From positions 97 to 64,096 of the forward strand of contig LBPS01000008.1 in NCBI GenBank assembly GCA_000990325.1: a stretch of DNA of 64,000 nt, read 5' to 3'. A model generated the notes under the pieces. The model was not told the origin of the DNA. It ran no database searches and saw only the letters and a list, made by a program, of their open reading frames with translations. Shown in pieces: positions 11,435-21,767 of the stretch. This DNA is from Candidatus Nomurabacteria bacterium GW2011_GWE2_34_25 (lineage in GTDB: Bacteria; Patescibacteriota; Minisyncoccia; Phycocordibacterales; UBA9973). A program made the translations under genes and the position numbers. The first letter of the stretch is position 1. Every line of letters starts with the position of its first letter.

Positions 11435-12682
11435 ATGCTTATAACCGATATTCTTCTTTATACTACGATTTTCGCTTCTGTCTATGTACAGGTCCTCTTT
11501 TTGCTATCCTTTTTCGAGAAAAAAGAACTGTTACAAAAGTATAATTTAAATAATATTATTAACGAAAACGAGTTGCCCCCTGTAACTTTTTTGGTTCCAT
11601 GTTGGAATGAAGAAAAAACTATTTCAAAGACGATTAATTCAATTAAAAATTTGACATATCCTGCAAATAAAATTTTCATTCATATGATTGATGATGGATC
11701 TAAAGATAACACCTGGAAAGAATTATCTAAATTTTCAAATGATCCACAGATCTCTATTTTTAAAAAAGAAAATGGTGGAAAATTTTCTGCTCTCAATTAT
11801 TCTCTTCCAGAAGTCAAAACAGAATTTGTTGCTTCGTTTGATGCAGATACAACAATAAATGAAGATGCCTTATTAAAAATTATTTCTTATTTTACAAAAG
11901 ACAAAGACATTTCAGCTGTTGGTGGTTCTATCCTGATAAAATCTCCTAAGACAATGGCTCAAAAAGCTCAAAGTGTTGAATATCAAATGTTTTCCTTTTC
12001 AAAAAAAGTACTTGCGCTTTTAGGAGGCCCTCTGGTTGTACCAGGAGCCTTTTCTGTCTTTAAAATAGATACCTTACGTAAAGTAGGAGGATGGAAGGAT
12101 GGACACGGGCTTGAAGATTTAGAACTTACATACAGGATGCAAGTAAATGGGTATAAGGTTGAACATTCTCATGATTCTATAGCTTTCACTACAGGACCTA
12201 AAACAATTCGTAATTTATTTACACAACGATTACGTTGGGGGTATGGTTTTCTAAAAAATACAAAAGATTACAAATCGGCAATTTTTAATAAGAAATTTGG
12301 TAATTTTGGAATTTTCACCTTGCCTATGAGCTTGATGTCATATTTTATTATTGTAATTGTGTTTGGAATAAGTTGGTATAATATTTTTTTATTTTTATAT
12401 GATAAATTCCTGGTATTAAAGCTCCTTGGTGTTAGAGCTTTATTTGGTCATATTTCTTTTAATTTATTTTACTTTAATACTAAAGCTATTGTCTTTCTAT
12501 CGATTCTTACCATAATATTTTTTGCTATTACTATTATATTTGGTCGTAAAATTTCAAATGTTCGTGAGAAAAATTTTGGACATATATTTTATTTCTTTAT
12601 TTTATATAGTTTAATTGTGCCATTTTGGGTCATAAAAAATATTTGGAATGCTCTTATTTCTAATAGGCCTGCGTGGCGTTAA
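11435..12682 (+). CDS. Processive glycosyltransferase family 2 (PgaC/cellulose-synthase-like)
   Basis: DDGSKD, FDADT, LEDLE, QRLRW motifs plus TM helices. Confidence 0.9.
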   Translation: MLITDILLYTTIFASVYVQVLFLLSFFEKKELLQKYNLNNIINENELPPVTFLVPCWNEEKTISKTINSIKNLTYPANKIFIHMIDDGSKDNTWKELSKFSNDPQISIFKKENGGKFSALNYSLPEVKTEFVASFDADTTINEDALLKIISYFTKDKDISAVGGSILIKSPKTMAQKAQSVEYQMFSFSKKVLALLGGPLVVPGAFSVFKIDTLRKVGGWKDGHGLEDLELTYRMQVNGYKVEHSHDSIAFTTGPKTIRNLFTQRLRWGYGFLKNTKDYKSAIFNKKFGNFGIFTLPMSLMSYFIIVIVFGISWYNIFLFLYDKFLVLKLLGVRALFGHISFNLFYFNTKAIVFLSILTIIFFAITIIFGRKISNVREKNFGHIFYFFILYSLIVPFWVIKNIWNALISNRPAWR

Positions 12683-12686
12683 TTTT

Positions 12687-13502
12687 ATGTTCTGGAAAAG
12701 ATACTTAATTTCTTTTGCGATAACCATCATCTTCTTTATTGGAGCTTTTTATTTGAGCAATCAGTTGGCTCAAAAAAAGATTGACCAAGTGAGGGTTATT
12801 CAGGACAAGATTTCTACTGATATTTTATCTACTGAAACACGTTTTATACTTCTAGGTTCATCTTCGTGCAAGCATGTTCAGTCCAGTGAAGAATTCGAAG
12901 CAAGTTTAACCGAAGAGCTTTCTGAAATGGCTAGACGTGTTAAATTTATGGAAAGTCAGCTGGGTTATGACGATGAGAGAGTCTTGTTAATAAAAAATCA
13001 ATATTCACTTTTTCAAATTAAAGATTATTTACTACATAGACAAATTGCAGAACGTTGCGGAGAAGAGATTACTACAATTTTATCATTTCACAATTTAACA
13101 TGTTCTGATTGTAAAGAACAGTCTATTGTGTTAGATGAAATACACAATAAATACCCAGCAGTTAGAATCTATTGGTTAGACACAGATAGCAATACTCCAG
13201 CAGTTAAAACATTAGTTTCAATGTTTGATGTTAAGTCAACTCCAACGATAGTCATAGGAGAAAAGAAATATGAAGGATTTCAATCGATAGAAGTATTGTC
13301 AGAAATTTTTGATAATATAGAAAAATTAAAACAAAAAGCGATAGATTTAAAGGCAAAACAAAAAAGTTCAAAACCTACTTCTACTAATATAGTTCCTACG
13401 GTTTCTCCGACATCTAAAAATATAACAACTCCAGTTGTTTCAGATACAGCTACCACCGTAGAATCTAAGACAACAACTAATGCACCAGAAGTCAAGAATT
13501 AA
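12687..13502 (+). CDS. Membrane-anchored thioredoxin-like protein with Ser/Thr/Pro-rich tail
   Basis: N-terminal TM, CSDC motif, VKSTPTIVI, low-complexity T/S/P C-terminus; start taken at ATG 12687 after the upstream stop. Confidence 0.65.
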   Translation: MFWKRYLISFAITIIFFIGAFYLSNQLAQKKIDQVRVIQDKISTDILSTETRFILLGSSSCKHVQSSEEFEASLTEELSEMARRVKFMESQLGYDDERVLLIKNQYSLFQIKDYLLHRQIAERCGEEITTILSFHNLTCSDCKEQSIVLDEIHNKYPAVRIYWLDTDSNTPAVKTLVSMFDVKSTPTIVIGEKKYEGFQSIEVLSEIFDNIEKLKQKAIDLKAKQKSSKPTSTNIVPTVSPTSKNITTPVVSDTATTVESKTTTNAPEVKN

Positions 13503-13577
13503 TTGAAGTCTTAAGGTGTAAATAATAAAAAACCAAAGATCATATTCTTTGATATTAGAAATATGATTTGTTTATAT

Positions 13578-14642
13578 ATGAAACTTAGCTTAATAATCCC
13601 AACATATAACGAAAAAGAAAACATTAGAATCCTCATTCTTAAATTAGAGGAGGAGTTTAATCTAAATAAAATTGATGGAGAAATAATAGTTGTTGATGAT
13701 AATTCCCCAGATGGTACGGGTATTATTTTAGATGATTTAAAAATGAAATATGTTTTTCTTAGGGTAATTCACAGAGAAGGAAAGTTGGGACTTTCTTCGG
13801 CTGTTGTAGCAGGGTTTAACCTTGCAAAAGGGGATATATTAGGGGTTATGGATGCCGATTTAAGCCATTCTCCCGAAAAGGTCAATGAAATGTATCAAGA
13901 GATAATAAAGGGTGCAGATTTTGTGGTTGGGAGTAGGTATATAAAAGGAGGTAAAATAGAGGGTTGGAATATTTATAGAAAATTATTATCACTAGGCGCA
14001 ACTTTATTTGCTCGAGTTTATACTAGTGTCAAAGATCCCATGTCTGGATTTTTTATGTTTAAAAAAGACCTTTTATTAAACAAAGAAATAAATCCAAAAG
14101 GTTTTAAAATTTTACTTGAATTATTGATTAAATTAGAATACAAACAAATAGTAGAAATACCGATTGTTTTTATAAATAGGACAGTAGGGAAGAGCAAGGC
14201 TGGAACCAGAGAGATAATTTATTATTTAGAAAATTTAATCAAATACCTTCCTTATAAAAAAGAGGTCATTGGAGAATTTTTAAAATTCATATTAGTAGGG
14301 TTAGTCGGAACTTTTGTAAATATAATCATCTTATACTCATTTACTGAATATTATAATGTTTATTATTTATATTCAGCCCTCCTTTCTTTTGTTGTTGCAG
14401 TTACTGTTAATTTCATTCTAAATAAAATATGGACCTTTAATGAGAAAATAGGCTATAAAATATTTCAAAAATACATAAAATTCTTTTCAGTAAGTCTTTT
14501 TGCTCTTTCTGTCAATATATTTTTTTTAATTTTACTAACGGAAGTATTTGGATTATATTATATATATTCTCAGATCCTAGCCATAGGTATGTCTTTAGTT
14601 ATAAATTTTATTGGTAATAAAATTTGGACATTTTGCAAATAA
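13578..14642 (+). CDS. Polyprenol-phosphate mannosyltransferase (GT2) fused to a GtrA-like domain
   Basis: IIPTYNEKENI, VDDNSPDGT, MDADLSH, DPMSGFF; C-terminal four-TM GtrA-like segment ending NKIWTF. Confidence 0.88.
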   Translation: MKLSLIIPTYNEKENIRILILKLEEEFNLNKIDGEIIVVDDNSPDGTGIILDDLKMKYVFLRVIHREGKLGLSSAVVAGFNLAKGDILGVMDADLSHSPEKVNEMYQEIIKGADFVVGSRYIKGGKIEGWNIYRKLLSLGATLFARVYTSVKDPMSGFFMFKKDLLLNKEINPKGFKILLELLIKLEYKQIVEIPIVFINRTVGKSKAGTREIIYYLENLIKYLPYKKEVIGEFLKFILVGLVGTFVNIIILYSFTEYYNVYYLYSALLSFVVAVTVNFILNKIWTFNEKIGYKIFQKYIKFFSVSLFALSVNIFFLILLTEVFGLYYIYSQILAIGMSLVINFIGNKIWTFCK

Positions 14643-16108
14643 TAAAAAAAATAAAGGAATACTGGCTTAGTCTTGATAAAATAGATAAATACATTATCTT
14701 ATTGTTAGTTTTTTCTTTTTTAATTAGAATAACTTTTCTAACTTATTCTCCTCTTAGAGGGTGGGATGAAACTGTTTATATGAATTTAGGTAGTGATTTA
14801 AGTCATAATCCTTTCTTCTACTCACTTGAAAAAAGTGGCTGGAATGACTTTATATCAATTCCTGAACCTGTATATGAGTGGCCCAATATTGGATTTAGAG
14901 CTCCTTTGTTGCCATATCTATTATCTATTTTTTATTCTTTAAATCTAATTTTTTTGATTCCATTTTTGATTCCATTTTTTGCAACACTTAGTGTTTTCCT
15001 AGTTTACATTTTAGGCAAGAACATGTTTAATAAGAAAATTGGATTTTATGGTGCTACTCTTTTTTCTCTAGTACCGATAAATATATTGAGTAGTGAAAAA
15101 ATATGGACTGATTCATTGGTTGTCTTTTTTTTACTTCTGACTTTTATTAGTTTCTGGAAAGGTTACGAAAAAAATGATAATAAACATAAGGTATTTTTTG
15201 GTATATTTTTAGCATTATCTTTAATGACTAGATATACAACTCTATGGATTACTCCCGTGTTTCTTCTATACTTCTTGATAAGAGACAAATCTTTGAAATT
15301 TATGCTTGATAAATATCTTTGGAGAGCTATTTTATCATTTTTCGTTGTTCTAATTCCTTGGTTTATTTATGGTTGTGTCTTTTACCAAAATCCGATTGGG
15401 GGCTTTATACACGGTTTTAAGGCAGCTGCTTATTGGGGAGGAGTGCAATCCTGGAGCTTTTTCATTGATAATTCATGGTTAATATTTTCAATTATTGGAT
15501 GGTTATTTTTGTTTTCAATTATTTATATCTTTTACAAGAAAGAGTTTTTAAGAAGAGATATTTATTTGTTGCTACTGTGGAGTCTTTTTTTCTCTTCGAT
15601 AGTTATGGCTATGCCACACAAAGAAGAAAGATTTATAACACCAATAATTCCAGCCATCTGTCTAATTTCTGCATTCTTTGTTTATCAATTAAAAAAATAT
15701 AAGAATATATTTTTTATAATGATATGTTTAACTTTGCTGTATTCATCTTATCTTTTATATAAAGCTAATGTAAAAGAGTCATTAAATACAGTTAATATAT
15801 GTTTTTCGTCAGGAAATAATTTTCTTGCTACAGAAACTGGTGTTGATTCATTAATAATAACAAATCAGGATTCAATCGTTCATTACTATACACAGAGAGA
15901 CACGATTATTTATCCAAAAGTTTGGAGTTTAAAAAATCTTAAAACAACAATAGATGTAATGTACCCATATAGTAATGTTTATGTTTATTTTTCAAACTAT
16001 GACATGTATATACCAAGTAGAATTAAAAATGATCTTGATGAAAATTTTGAGAAGATATATGAATGTAATATAGAAATAGGACATTCTTATGTTTATAAGT
16101 ATAGATAA
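14624..16108 (+). CDS. GT-C fold membrane glycosyltransferase (ArnT/PMT-like)
   Basis: Multi-TM protein with WDETVY, RAPLLP and HKEERF motifs; start codon uncertain. Confidence 0.8.
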   Translation: MDILQIIKKIKEYWLSLDKIDKYIILLLVFSFLIRITFLTYSPLRGWDETVYMNLGSDLSHNPFFYSLEKSGWNDFISIPEPVYEWPNIGFRAPLLPYLLSIFYSLNLIFLIPFLIPFFATLSVFLVYILGKNMFNKKIGFYGATLFSLVPINILSSEKIWTDSLVVFFLLLTFISFWKGYEKNDNKHKVFFGIFLALSLMTRYTTLWITPVFLLYFLIRDKSLKFMLDKYLWRAILSFFVVLIPWFIYGCVFYQNPIGGFIHGFKAAAYWGGVQSWSFFIDNSWLIFSIIGWLFLFSIIYIFYKKEFLRRDIYLLLLWSLFFSSIVMAMPHKEERFITPIIPAICLISAFFVYQLKKYKNIFFIMICLTLLYSSYLLYKANVKESLNTVNICFSSGNNFLATETGVDSLIITNQDSIVHYYTQRDTIIYPKVWSLKNLKTTIDVMYPYSNVYVYFSNYDMYIPSRIKNDLDENFEKIYECNIEIGHSYVYKYR

Positions 16109-16115
16109 AAGAAGT

Positions 16116-16271
16116 TGGAGCCGGCAAACGAGTTTCGGTCACAAATCTTTTTCTACTGAAAAAGTTCGCGACCCCGGCTCGGCTCGTCAGCCTGCGCCTT
16201 TCGAATCCTCGTGCCGGCAAAAAAGATGTCATTTAGACATCTTTTTTATTGAGCCGGCACGAGGATTCGAA
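16116..16271 (-). mobile_element. Family A palindromic element behind tRNA-Thr
   Basis: Reading on the tRNA strand: tRNA 3' end, hairpin, inverted copy of the tRNA 3' end (16200-16218), 67-nt core (16133-16199), degenerate direct copy of the tRNA 3' end with CCA (16116-16132). Mobility is inferred. Confidence 0.7.
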
Positions 16272-16324
16272 CCCCGGACATCCACTTTACAAAAGTGGCG
16301 CTCTACCAACTGAGCTATGCCGGC
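16252..16324 (-). tRNA. tRNA-Thr(TGT)
   Basis: Cloverleaf GCCGGCA...TGCCGGC-T; anticodon arm CCACT-TTTGTAA-AGTGG; T-loop TTCGAAT. Confidence 0.95.
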
Positions 16325-16394
16325 ATATTTAAAATATGCAAAATTTAACATCCAACCTAACGAAACTACTTTCTTACTAAGCTATACTAGCATA

Positions 16395-16859
16395 TTATAG
16401 GATTTTATCAACTTCACTTATTTCCTTATTAGTTTCAACATCTGTTGATGATTCTAACTTGTCTTCATGTTCTTTTTGAATTTTTTCCTTTACTTTTTTA
16501 ATCTTTATTTTAGACTCAATTACAGCTCTTTGTATAAATGAAATTTTTCTAGAATCAAATATGCCTTCTTTTTTCTTGAATAATTTATTTATTTTTGGCA
16601 ATTTGTTTTGGAATAGAACTTTAGTTTTTGCAACAATGAGGAACCACACTTTCACACTAGAAAGGACTATCCATTGGATAATATGTTTTGTTAAAAATAA
16701 AAATATTTTTTCAAAATATCTAAAAGATAAATTTGGAGTAAATTTATCTTGTTCGTCAATTATGATAATTCTCTTTGTTCTTAATTTCCAATCACGAACT
16801 ATTAGCATTCCAAATGCCAAGATTATCGCTATGAAAAAAATGATAATAATTAAAGTCAT
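16395..16859 (-). CDS. Hypothetical membrane protein
   Basis: 154-aa ORF with N-terminal TM, directly downstream of tsf. Confidence 0.7.
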   Translation of the reverse strand: MTLIIIIFFIAIILAFGMLIVRDWKLRTKRIIIIDEQDKFTPNLSFRYFEKIFLFLTKHIIQWIVLSSVKVWFLIVAKTKVLFQNKLPKINKLFKKKEGIFDSRKISFIQRAVIESKIKIKKVKEKIQKEHEDKLESSTDVETNKEISEVDKIL

Positions 16860-16865
16860 AATTAT

Positions 16866-17648
16866 TTAACCAATAACTTCATGAATGAAACTTACGAAAG
16901 TAGCACCTTTCTCTTTGAGTAGATTACCAACAGTTAATTCAGGATTTTTTATAAATGCTTGCTCCATAAGAGTTTGTTCTTTGAAGTAAGTAGAAATCTT
17001 ACCATCTAGCATTTTCTTCTTTATATCTTCAGGTTTATCTGATTCTGCTACTTCTTTTTCAAATACTTCTATAACTTTAGCCTTATCTTCTTCTGTTATA
17101 TCATCTGTTTTTATAAATGCAGGCTTCATTGCTGCTATATGCATAGCTATATCTTTTGCCAATTCTGTTGTTCCTCCTGTTAGAGTCACTATGACAGCTC
17201 TCTTAGTTCCGTGAACATAGCTACCTATTGTAGTCCCTTCCACTAATTCCACTTTTCCAAGCTCAATCTTTTCTCCTACTTTTTGAACCACAGGATTAAT
17301 CATATCTAAAGATTTTATTTGCATAGTTTCTACTCCTTCACTCCACGCTAATTGTGCGAGTTCATTTGCAAGTGCAATAAAGTCTGCATTTCTAGCTACG
17401 AAGTCAGTTTCAGAATGAAGAGTAAGAAGTAAGGCTTTCCCTGTATCTTCAACTACCACAATGATTCCATCGTGGGCAGTACGGTCAGACTTTTTCATTG
17501 CGATACTACTTGATTTCTTTTTAAGAATTATAAGAGCTTTTTCCATATCTCCCTCTGCTTCTTCTAGGGCATTTTTACATTGCATGACAGAGACTCCTGT
17601 ACTATCTCTTAATTCTTTTACTAATTCTGCAGTTATTTTTATAGACAT
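16866..17648 (-). CDS. tsf: Elongation factor Ts
   Basis: VKELRDSTGVSVMQCKNAL, SETDFVA, IAMHIAA. Confidence 0.98.
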   Translation of the reverse strand: MSIKITAELVKELRDSTGVSVMQCKNALEEAEGDMEKALIILKKKSSSIAMKKSDRTAHDGIIVVVEDTGKALLLTLHSETDFVARNADFIALANELAQLAWSEGVETMQIKSLDMINPVVQKVGEKIELGKVELVEGTTIGSYVHGTKRAVIVTLTGGTTELAKDIAMHIAAMKPAFIKTDDITEEDKAKVIEVFEKEVAESDKPEDIKKKMLDGKISTYFKEQTLMEQAFIKNPELTVGNLLKEKGATFVSFIHEVIG

Positions 17649-17693
17649 AATTTATTATGGATTGGTCATATGACCTTAACAAATAATTTTTTA

Positions 17694-18395
17694 TTACTTC
17701 TTGTCTCCTCCTGCTACACCTTTATTGTAAGCATTTTTGATTTGAGTTAAGAAGAAGCTAATACTAGATACAGAGGCATCATTGGCAATAATAGGGAATT
17801 CGGAGTGCTTGATATTACAGTCTGTATTCATAAGAGAAATAACAGGAAGGTTCATCTTATGAGCTTCAGTCACAGCTATATGTTCTTTTTTAGGATCGAC
17901 AACAAACATTGCATCAGGAGTGCGAGTAATACCAGTAAGACCTTGGAAATTTTTTGTCATGTCATCCATTTCTCTGTCAATTAGGAGCCTTTCTTTTTTA
18001 GTATATTTATCCAAGCCCCCTTTTTCTTTTTGGTCACGGAGGTCAAGAAGCTTAGTGATACGTTTTTTAATTTCAGGGAAATTTGTAAGAGCTCCTCCAA
18101 CCCAACGTTCAGAAACATAAGGCATATTGAGAGAAAGGGCAGTCTCTATAATTTGCTGACGAGCTTCTGCTTTTGTTCCAACGAAAAGTATTGTTTTACC
18201 AGCTTGGGCGAGTGCGGTCACTTTTTCGATTGCTTTATCAAAAAGTTCGTTAGTTTTTTCAATATTTATAATATCTACTCCATTTTTTGTTGCGAAAATA
18301 TAAGGAGTTGTAGATGGATGGCGACGACTCTTTGAATATCCATAATGAGTACCATTTGCAAACATTTCTTCTATAACACTATTTTGTGTAGTCAT
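17694..18395 (-). CDS. rpsB: 30S ribosomal protein S2
   Basis: GTHYG, RWVGGALTNF, PIIANDAS; start taken at ATG 18395. Confidence 0.98.
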   Translation of the reverse strand: MTTQNSVIEEMFANGTHYGYSKSRRHPSTTPYIFATKNGVDIINIEKTNELFDKAIEKVTALAQAGKTILFVGTKAEARQQIIETALSLNMPYVSERWVGGALTNFPEIKKRITKLLDLRDQKEKGGLDKYTKKERLLIDREMDDMTKNFQGLTGITRTPDAMFVVDPKKEHIAVTEAHKMNLPVISLMNTDCNIKHSEFPIIANDASVSSISFFLTQIKNAYNKGVAGGDKK

Positions 18396-18586
18396 AATTT
18401 TGTTTTCTATGATTAATTTATAATACCTTCCGTTTTTAAGCATCCCAGCTTATTTACAAAGGTCTTTTAAACAAAAAAGTCCTTCACGGAAAGTATTCAA
18501 ATAGTACCAGAAAAAGCATTATTTTGCAAGTTGAAAATAACCTTTTGTTTTTTGACTGTAAGGGGTTTTTAGGGTAGTATGTGGGT

Positions 18587-19846
18587 ATGAGACAATCACA
18601 ACTATTCACTAAAACAAAGAAGGAGAGTCCAGCTGACGAAGTATCATTAAATGCTGAACTTTTAATCAGAGCAGGCTTTATTAATAAAGAAATGGCAGGG
18701 GTTTATTCTTATCTACCTTTGGGTTTACGTGTTATAAAGAAGATTGAGAATATTATAAGAGAAGAAATGAATGCTATAGGAGGTATTGAGATGAAAACAA
18801 GTATTATTCAAAGTAAAGAGGTTTGGGAAAAGTCTGGAAGATGGAGTGATGATGTTGTTGATAATTGGTTTAAGACAAAATTAAAAAATGGAACAGAGGT
18901 TGGTTTGTCATTCACAAACGAAGAGGCTTATTCAAACATTTTAAAACAATACATAAGTTCATACAAAGATTTACCTATTTATCCTTATGACTTTAAAGAT
19001 ATATTTAGAAATGAAACAAGAAGTAAATCTGGAATTTTAAGAGGTAGGGAATTTTACTGGAAGGCACTTTATTCTTTTTCTAAGAATGCAGAAGAACATA
19101 ATGTTTTCTACGAGAAATCAAAAGAAGCATATAAAAATATCTTTAATAAAGTTGGCATTGGTCATTTAACTTACCTGACTTTTGCATCTGGTGGAACTTT
19201 CTCAAAATTTTCTCATGAATTTCAGACCATTACTTCTGCGGGAGAAGATACTATATATGTGGATCCCAATAATGGTATTGCTGTAAATAAAGAAGTTTAT
19301 AATGATGAAGTCCTCGAAAGTTTAGGGCTTAAGAAAGAAGATATGGTTGAAAATAAAGCCATAGAAGTTGGGAATATTTTCTCATTGGGGACAAAATTTT
19401 CAACACCTTTTGATTTAAAATATAAAGATGAAAAAGGGGAAGATAATTTAGTTGTTATGGGTTGTTATGGTATAGGATTAGGAAGACTCATGGGGACTAT
19501 TGTTGAGACTCTCTCTGATGATAAAGGTATTATATGGCCAGAGAGTATTGCTCCATTTAAGGTTCATTTATTGTCACTAGGGGATGATGAAAATGTAAAA
19601 AATAGAGCAGAAGAACTTTACAATAGTTTAACAGCGAAAGGAATAGAAGTTTTGTTTGATGACCGCACAGATATAAGTGCTGGAGAAAAATTTGCAGACT
19701 CTGATTTGATTGGTGTTCCTTACCGAGTTGTTGTTTCAAAACGTAGTTTGGCTGATGGAGGTTTTGAAATTAAAAAACGTGTTGAATCTAATGGAAAAAT
19801 AATCACGATCGATGAATTAGTTAATCTACTAGAAGCCAAAAGATAG
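18587..19846 (+). CDS. proS: Prolyl-tRNA synthetase (short form without editing domain)
   Basis: MRQSQLF, LLIRAGFI, FRNETR, IEVGNIFSLG, MGCYGIG, GIIWP. Confidence 0.95.
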   Translation: MRQSQLFTKTKKESPADEVSLNAELLIRAGFINKEMAGVYSYLPLGLRVIKKIENIIREEMNAIGGIEMKTSIIQSKEVWEKSGRWSDDVVDNWFKTKLKNGTEVGLSFTNEEAYSNILKQYISSYKDLPIYPYDFKDIFRNETRSKSGILRGREFYWKALYSFSKNAEEHNVFYEKSKEAYKNIFNKVGIGHLTYLTFASGGTFSKFSHEFQTITSAGEDTIYVDPNNGIAVNKEVYNDEVLESLGLKKEDMVENKAIEVGNIFSLGTKFSTPFDLKYKDEKGEDNLVVMGCYGIGLGRLMGTIVETLSDDKGIIWPESIAPFKVHLLSLGDDENVKNRAEELYNSLTAKGIEVLFDDRTDISAGEKFADSDLIGVPYRVVVSKRSLADGGFEIKKRVESNGKIITIDELVNLLEAKR

Positions 19847-19867
19847 TTACTAGAACCTAATTTATAT

Positions 19868-20914
19868 ATGTTCAAAAAAATATACCAAATGTTTTCTAAT
19901 GATATTGGAATCGATTTAGGAACAGCCAACACGCTGGTGTATTTGAAGGGGCACGGCATCGTTATCAACGAACCTTCTGTTGTTGTTGTAAACCAGAAAA
20001 CAGGTCAGATCGTCGCTGTTGGGGCTGAAGCCAAGCAAATGCTTGGGCGTACTCCAGGTCACGTGCGAGCTATTCGTCCTATTGTCGACGGAGTCATATC
20101 TGATTTTGAAGTCACAGAAGAAATGCTTTCATATCTTATAAATAAAGCTGAGAAAATTTCAAAGAAGTTCATTCGTCCACGTGTGGTTCTGGGAGTTCCG
20201 ACTGGTATAACCAACGTAGAGATAAGAGCAGTAGAAGATGCAGCACGTTCCGCTGGGGCACGTGAAGTTTACATTATCGAAGAGCCAATGTCAGCTGCGA
20301 TAGGGATACGCTTGCCAGTCAAAGAAGCTGTCGGGTCTGTTATTGTAGATATTGGAGGGGGTACTACCGATGTTGCTGTTATTTCACTCTCTGGGGTTGT
20401 TCGTTCAAAGAATTTGAAAATTGCAGGCGATCTTCTTAACCTCAATATTATAAATTACATGAAAGATGAATTTAAATTATTGATCGGAGAAAGAACCGCT
20501 GAAGGGGTGAAGATTGCTATAGGTTCTGCTATTGAAGGTGATTCTATGGAAGCTGAAGTTAGAGGCAGAGATTTGGTTACAGGGTTACCTCGTCAAGTAA
20601 TAGTTACAGATTCAGACATAAGAGAAGCTATTTTGCCTTCAATTATGAGCTTGGTTGATGGGGTTAAAGAAGTGCTTGAAACTACTCCACCAGAAATACT
20701 TTCAGATATTATGCACAGAGGATTAGTTCTTTCAGGAGGTGGAGCTCTTATACGAGGCTTAGATGTTTTACTACGAAAAACATTGAAAATTCCTATCTAT
20801 ATAGCAGAAGATCCACTTACGGCCGTTGCTCGTGGTACAGGTGTGGTGCTCGATGATTTTGATTCTTATCAAGAAGTTTTATTAAACACAGATGATTCAT
20901 CAGTTCCGAGATAA
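19868..20914 (+). CDS. mreB: Rod shape-determining protein MreB
   Basis: IGIDLGTANTLV, DIGGGTTDVAVIS. Confidence 0.98.
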   Translation: MFKKIYQMFSNDIGIDLGTANTLVYLKGHGIVINEPSVVVVNQKTGQIVAVGAEAKQMLGRTPGHVRAIRPIVDGVISDFEVTEEMLSYLINKAEKISKKFIRPRVVLGVPTGITNVEIRAVEDAARSAGAREVYIIEEPMSAAIGIRLPVKEAVGSVIVDIGGGTTDVAVISLSGVVRSKNLKIAGDLLNLNIINYMKDEFKLLIGERTAEGVKIAIGSAIEGDSMEAEVRGRDLVTGLPRQVIVTDSDIREAILPSIMSLVDGVKEVLETTPPEILSDIMHRGLVLSGGGALIRGLDVLLRKTLKIPIYIAEDPLTAVARGTGVVLDDFDSYQEVLLNTDDSSVPR

Positions 20915-21689
20915 AAAACAAATAGCCAAGAGAAAAAGATTAATTAAGAATATTATTTTCTTTGTGGGATTTTTATTGTTAGCTGTTAGTGGAATTCTTG
21001 CGTATACAAGTGGATTAATACACTCTATTGGTAGGCCTATATGGAAGACTAAGATTGCTGTAGAGAATGTAGTAGAGGATACAGGCTATGTTTTTCGCTC
21101 AAAGTCATCGGTTTACAAAGAGAATGAAAATTTATTAAGAGAAAATGCGGATCTTAAAAATTTAATGATTGACTACAATATTTTGAAGAATGAAAACATT
21201 GTTTTGAAAGAATTATTTAATCGCACCTTACCAGAGAACAATCTTGTTCTGTCAAATATTTTAACGAAACCAAATTATTCGCCTTACGATACTATCATTA
21301 TAGATATTGGCGCCAATGAGAAAATTGCAGTTGGAGATAAAGTTTATTCAAATATTGTTACCCCGATAGGAGAGGTAAGTGTTGTATACAATAATTCTTC
21401 ACTAGTCACCTTATATTCCAATCCAGGGCAAGTTACTGAGGCCATGATAGATGGTTCAAATACAAGTGTAGAGCTTGTTGGTCGTGGCGGAGGCAATTTT
21501 GAAATGACAATACCTATCGATTTACCTTTTACAACTGGAGCATTTGTTTATTTGCCAAATATAGAGACGGAGGTAGTAGCTACGATTGAAGATGTTATTT
21601 CTTCTCCCAATGACCCTGTAAAAAAGGTTCTTCTAAGTTCTCCTGTAAATGTACAAAGTCTAAAATGGGTTTTTGTAAAAAGAAATTAA
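20892..21689 (+). CDS. mreC: Rod shape-determining protein MreC
   Basis: TM plus coiled coil (ENENLLRENADLK), DTIIIDIG; overlaps the mreB stop. Confidence 0.88.
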   Translation: MIHQFRDKKQIAKRKRLIKNIIFFVGFLLLAVSGILAYTSGLIHSIGRPIWKTKIAVENVVEDTGYVFRSKSSVYKENENLLRENADLKNLMIDYNILKNENIVLKELFNRTLPENNLVLSNILTKPNYSPYDTIIIDIGANEKIAVGDKVYSNIVTPIGEVSVVYNNSSLVTLYSNPGQVTEAMIDGSNTSVELVGRGGGNFEMTIPIDLPFTTGAFVYLPNIETEVVATIEDVISSPNDPVKKVLLSSPVNVQSLKWVFVKRN

Positions 21690-21707
21690 ACATTGTATAA
21701 TTATAAG

Positions 21708-21737
21708 TATTCTACAATTCTATAGAATTGTAGAATA
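21708..21737. promoter_or_regulatory. 30-bp perfect palindrome, copy 1 (putative operator or element end)
   Basis: tattctacaattcta/tagaattgtagaata, upstream of Cys-rich paralog 2. Confidence 0.6.
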
Positions 21738-21767
21738 GATTAATCTTAGATAATATTAATTAAATAT

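Noticed and set aside
16089-16313. Short ORFs over the tRNA-linked elements (16023-16232, 16089-16313, 56941-57300, 56958-57161)
   Set aside because: They overlap tRNAs and the repeat core; the shared RRRLTSR peptide simply reflects the DNA repeat.
18400-18495. rpsB leader RNA (S2 autoregulation)
   Set aside because: A cttccgt/acggaa pairing exists, but I could not match the known leader motif confidently by eye.
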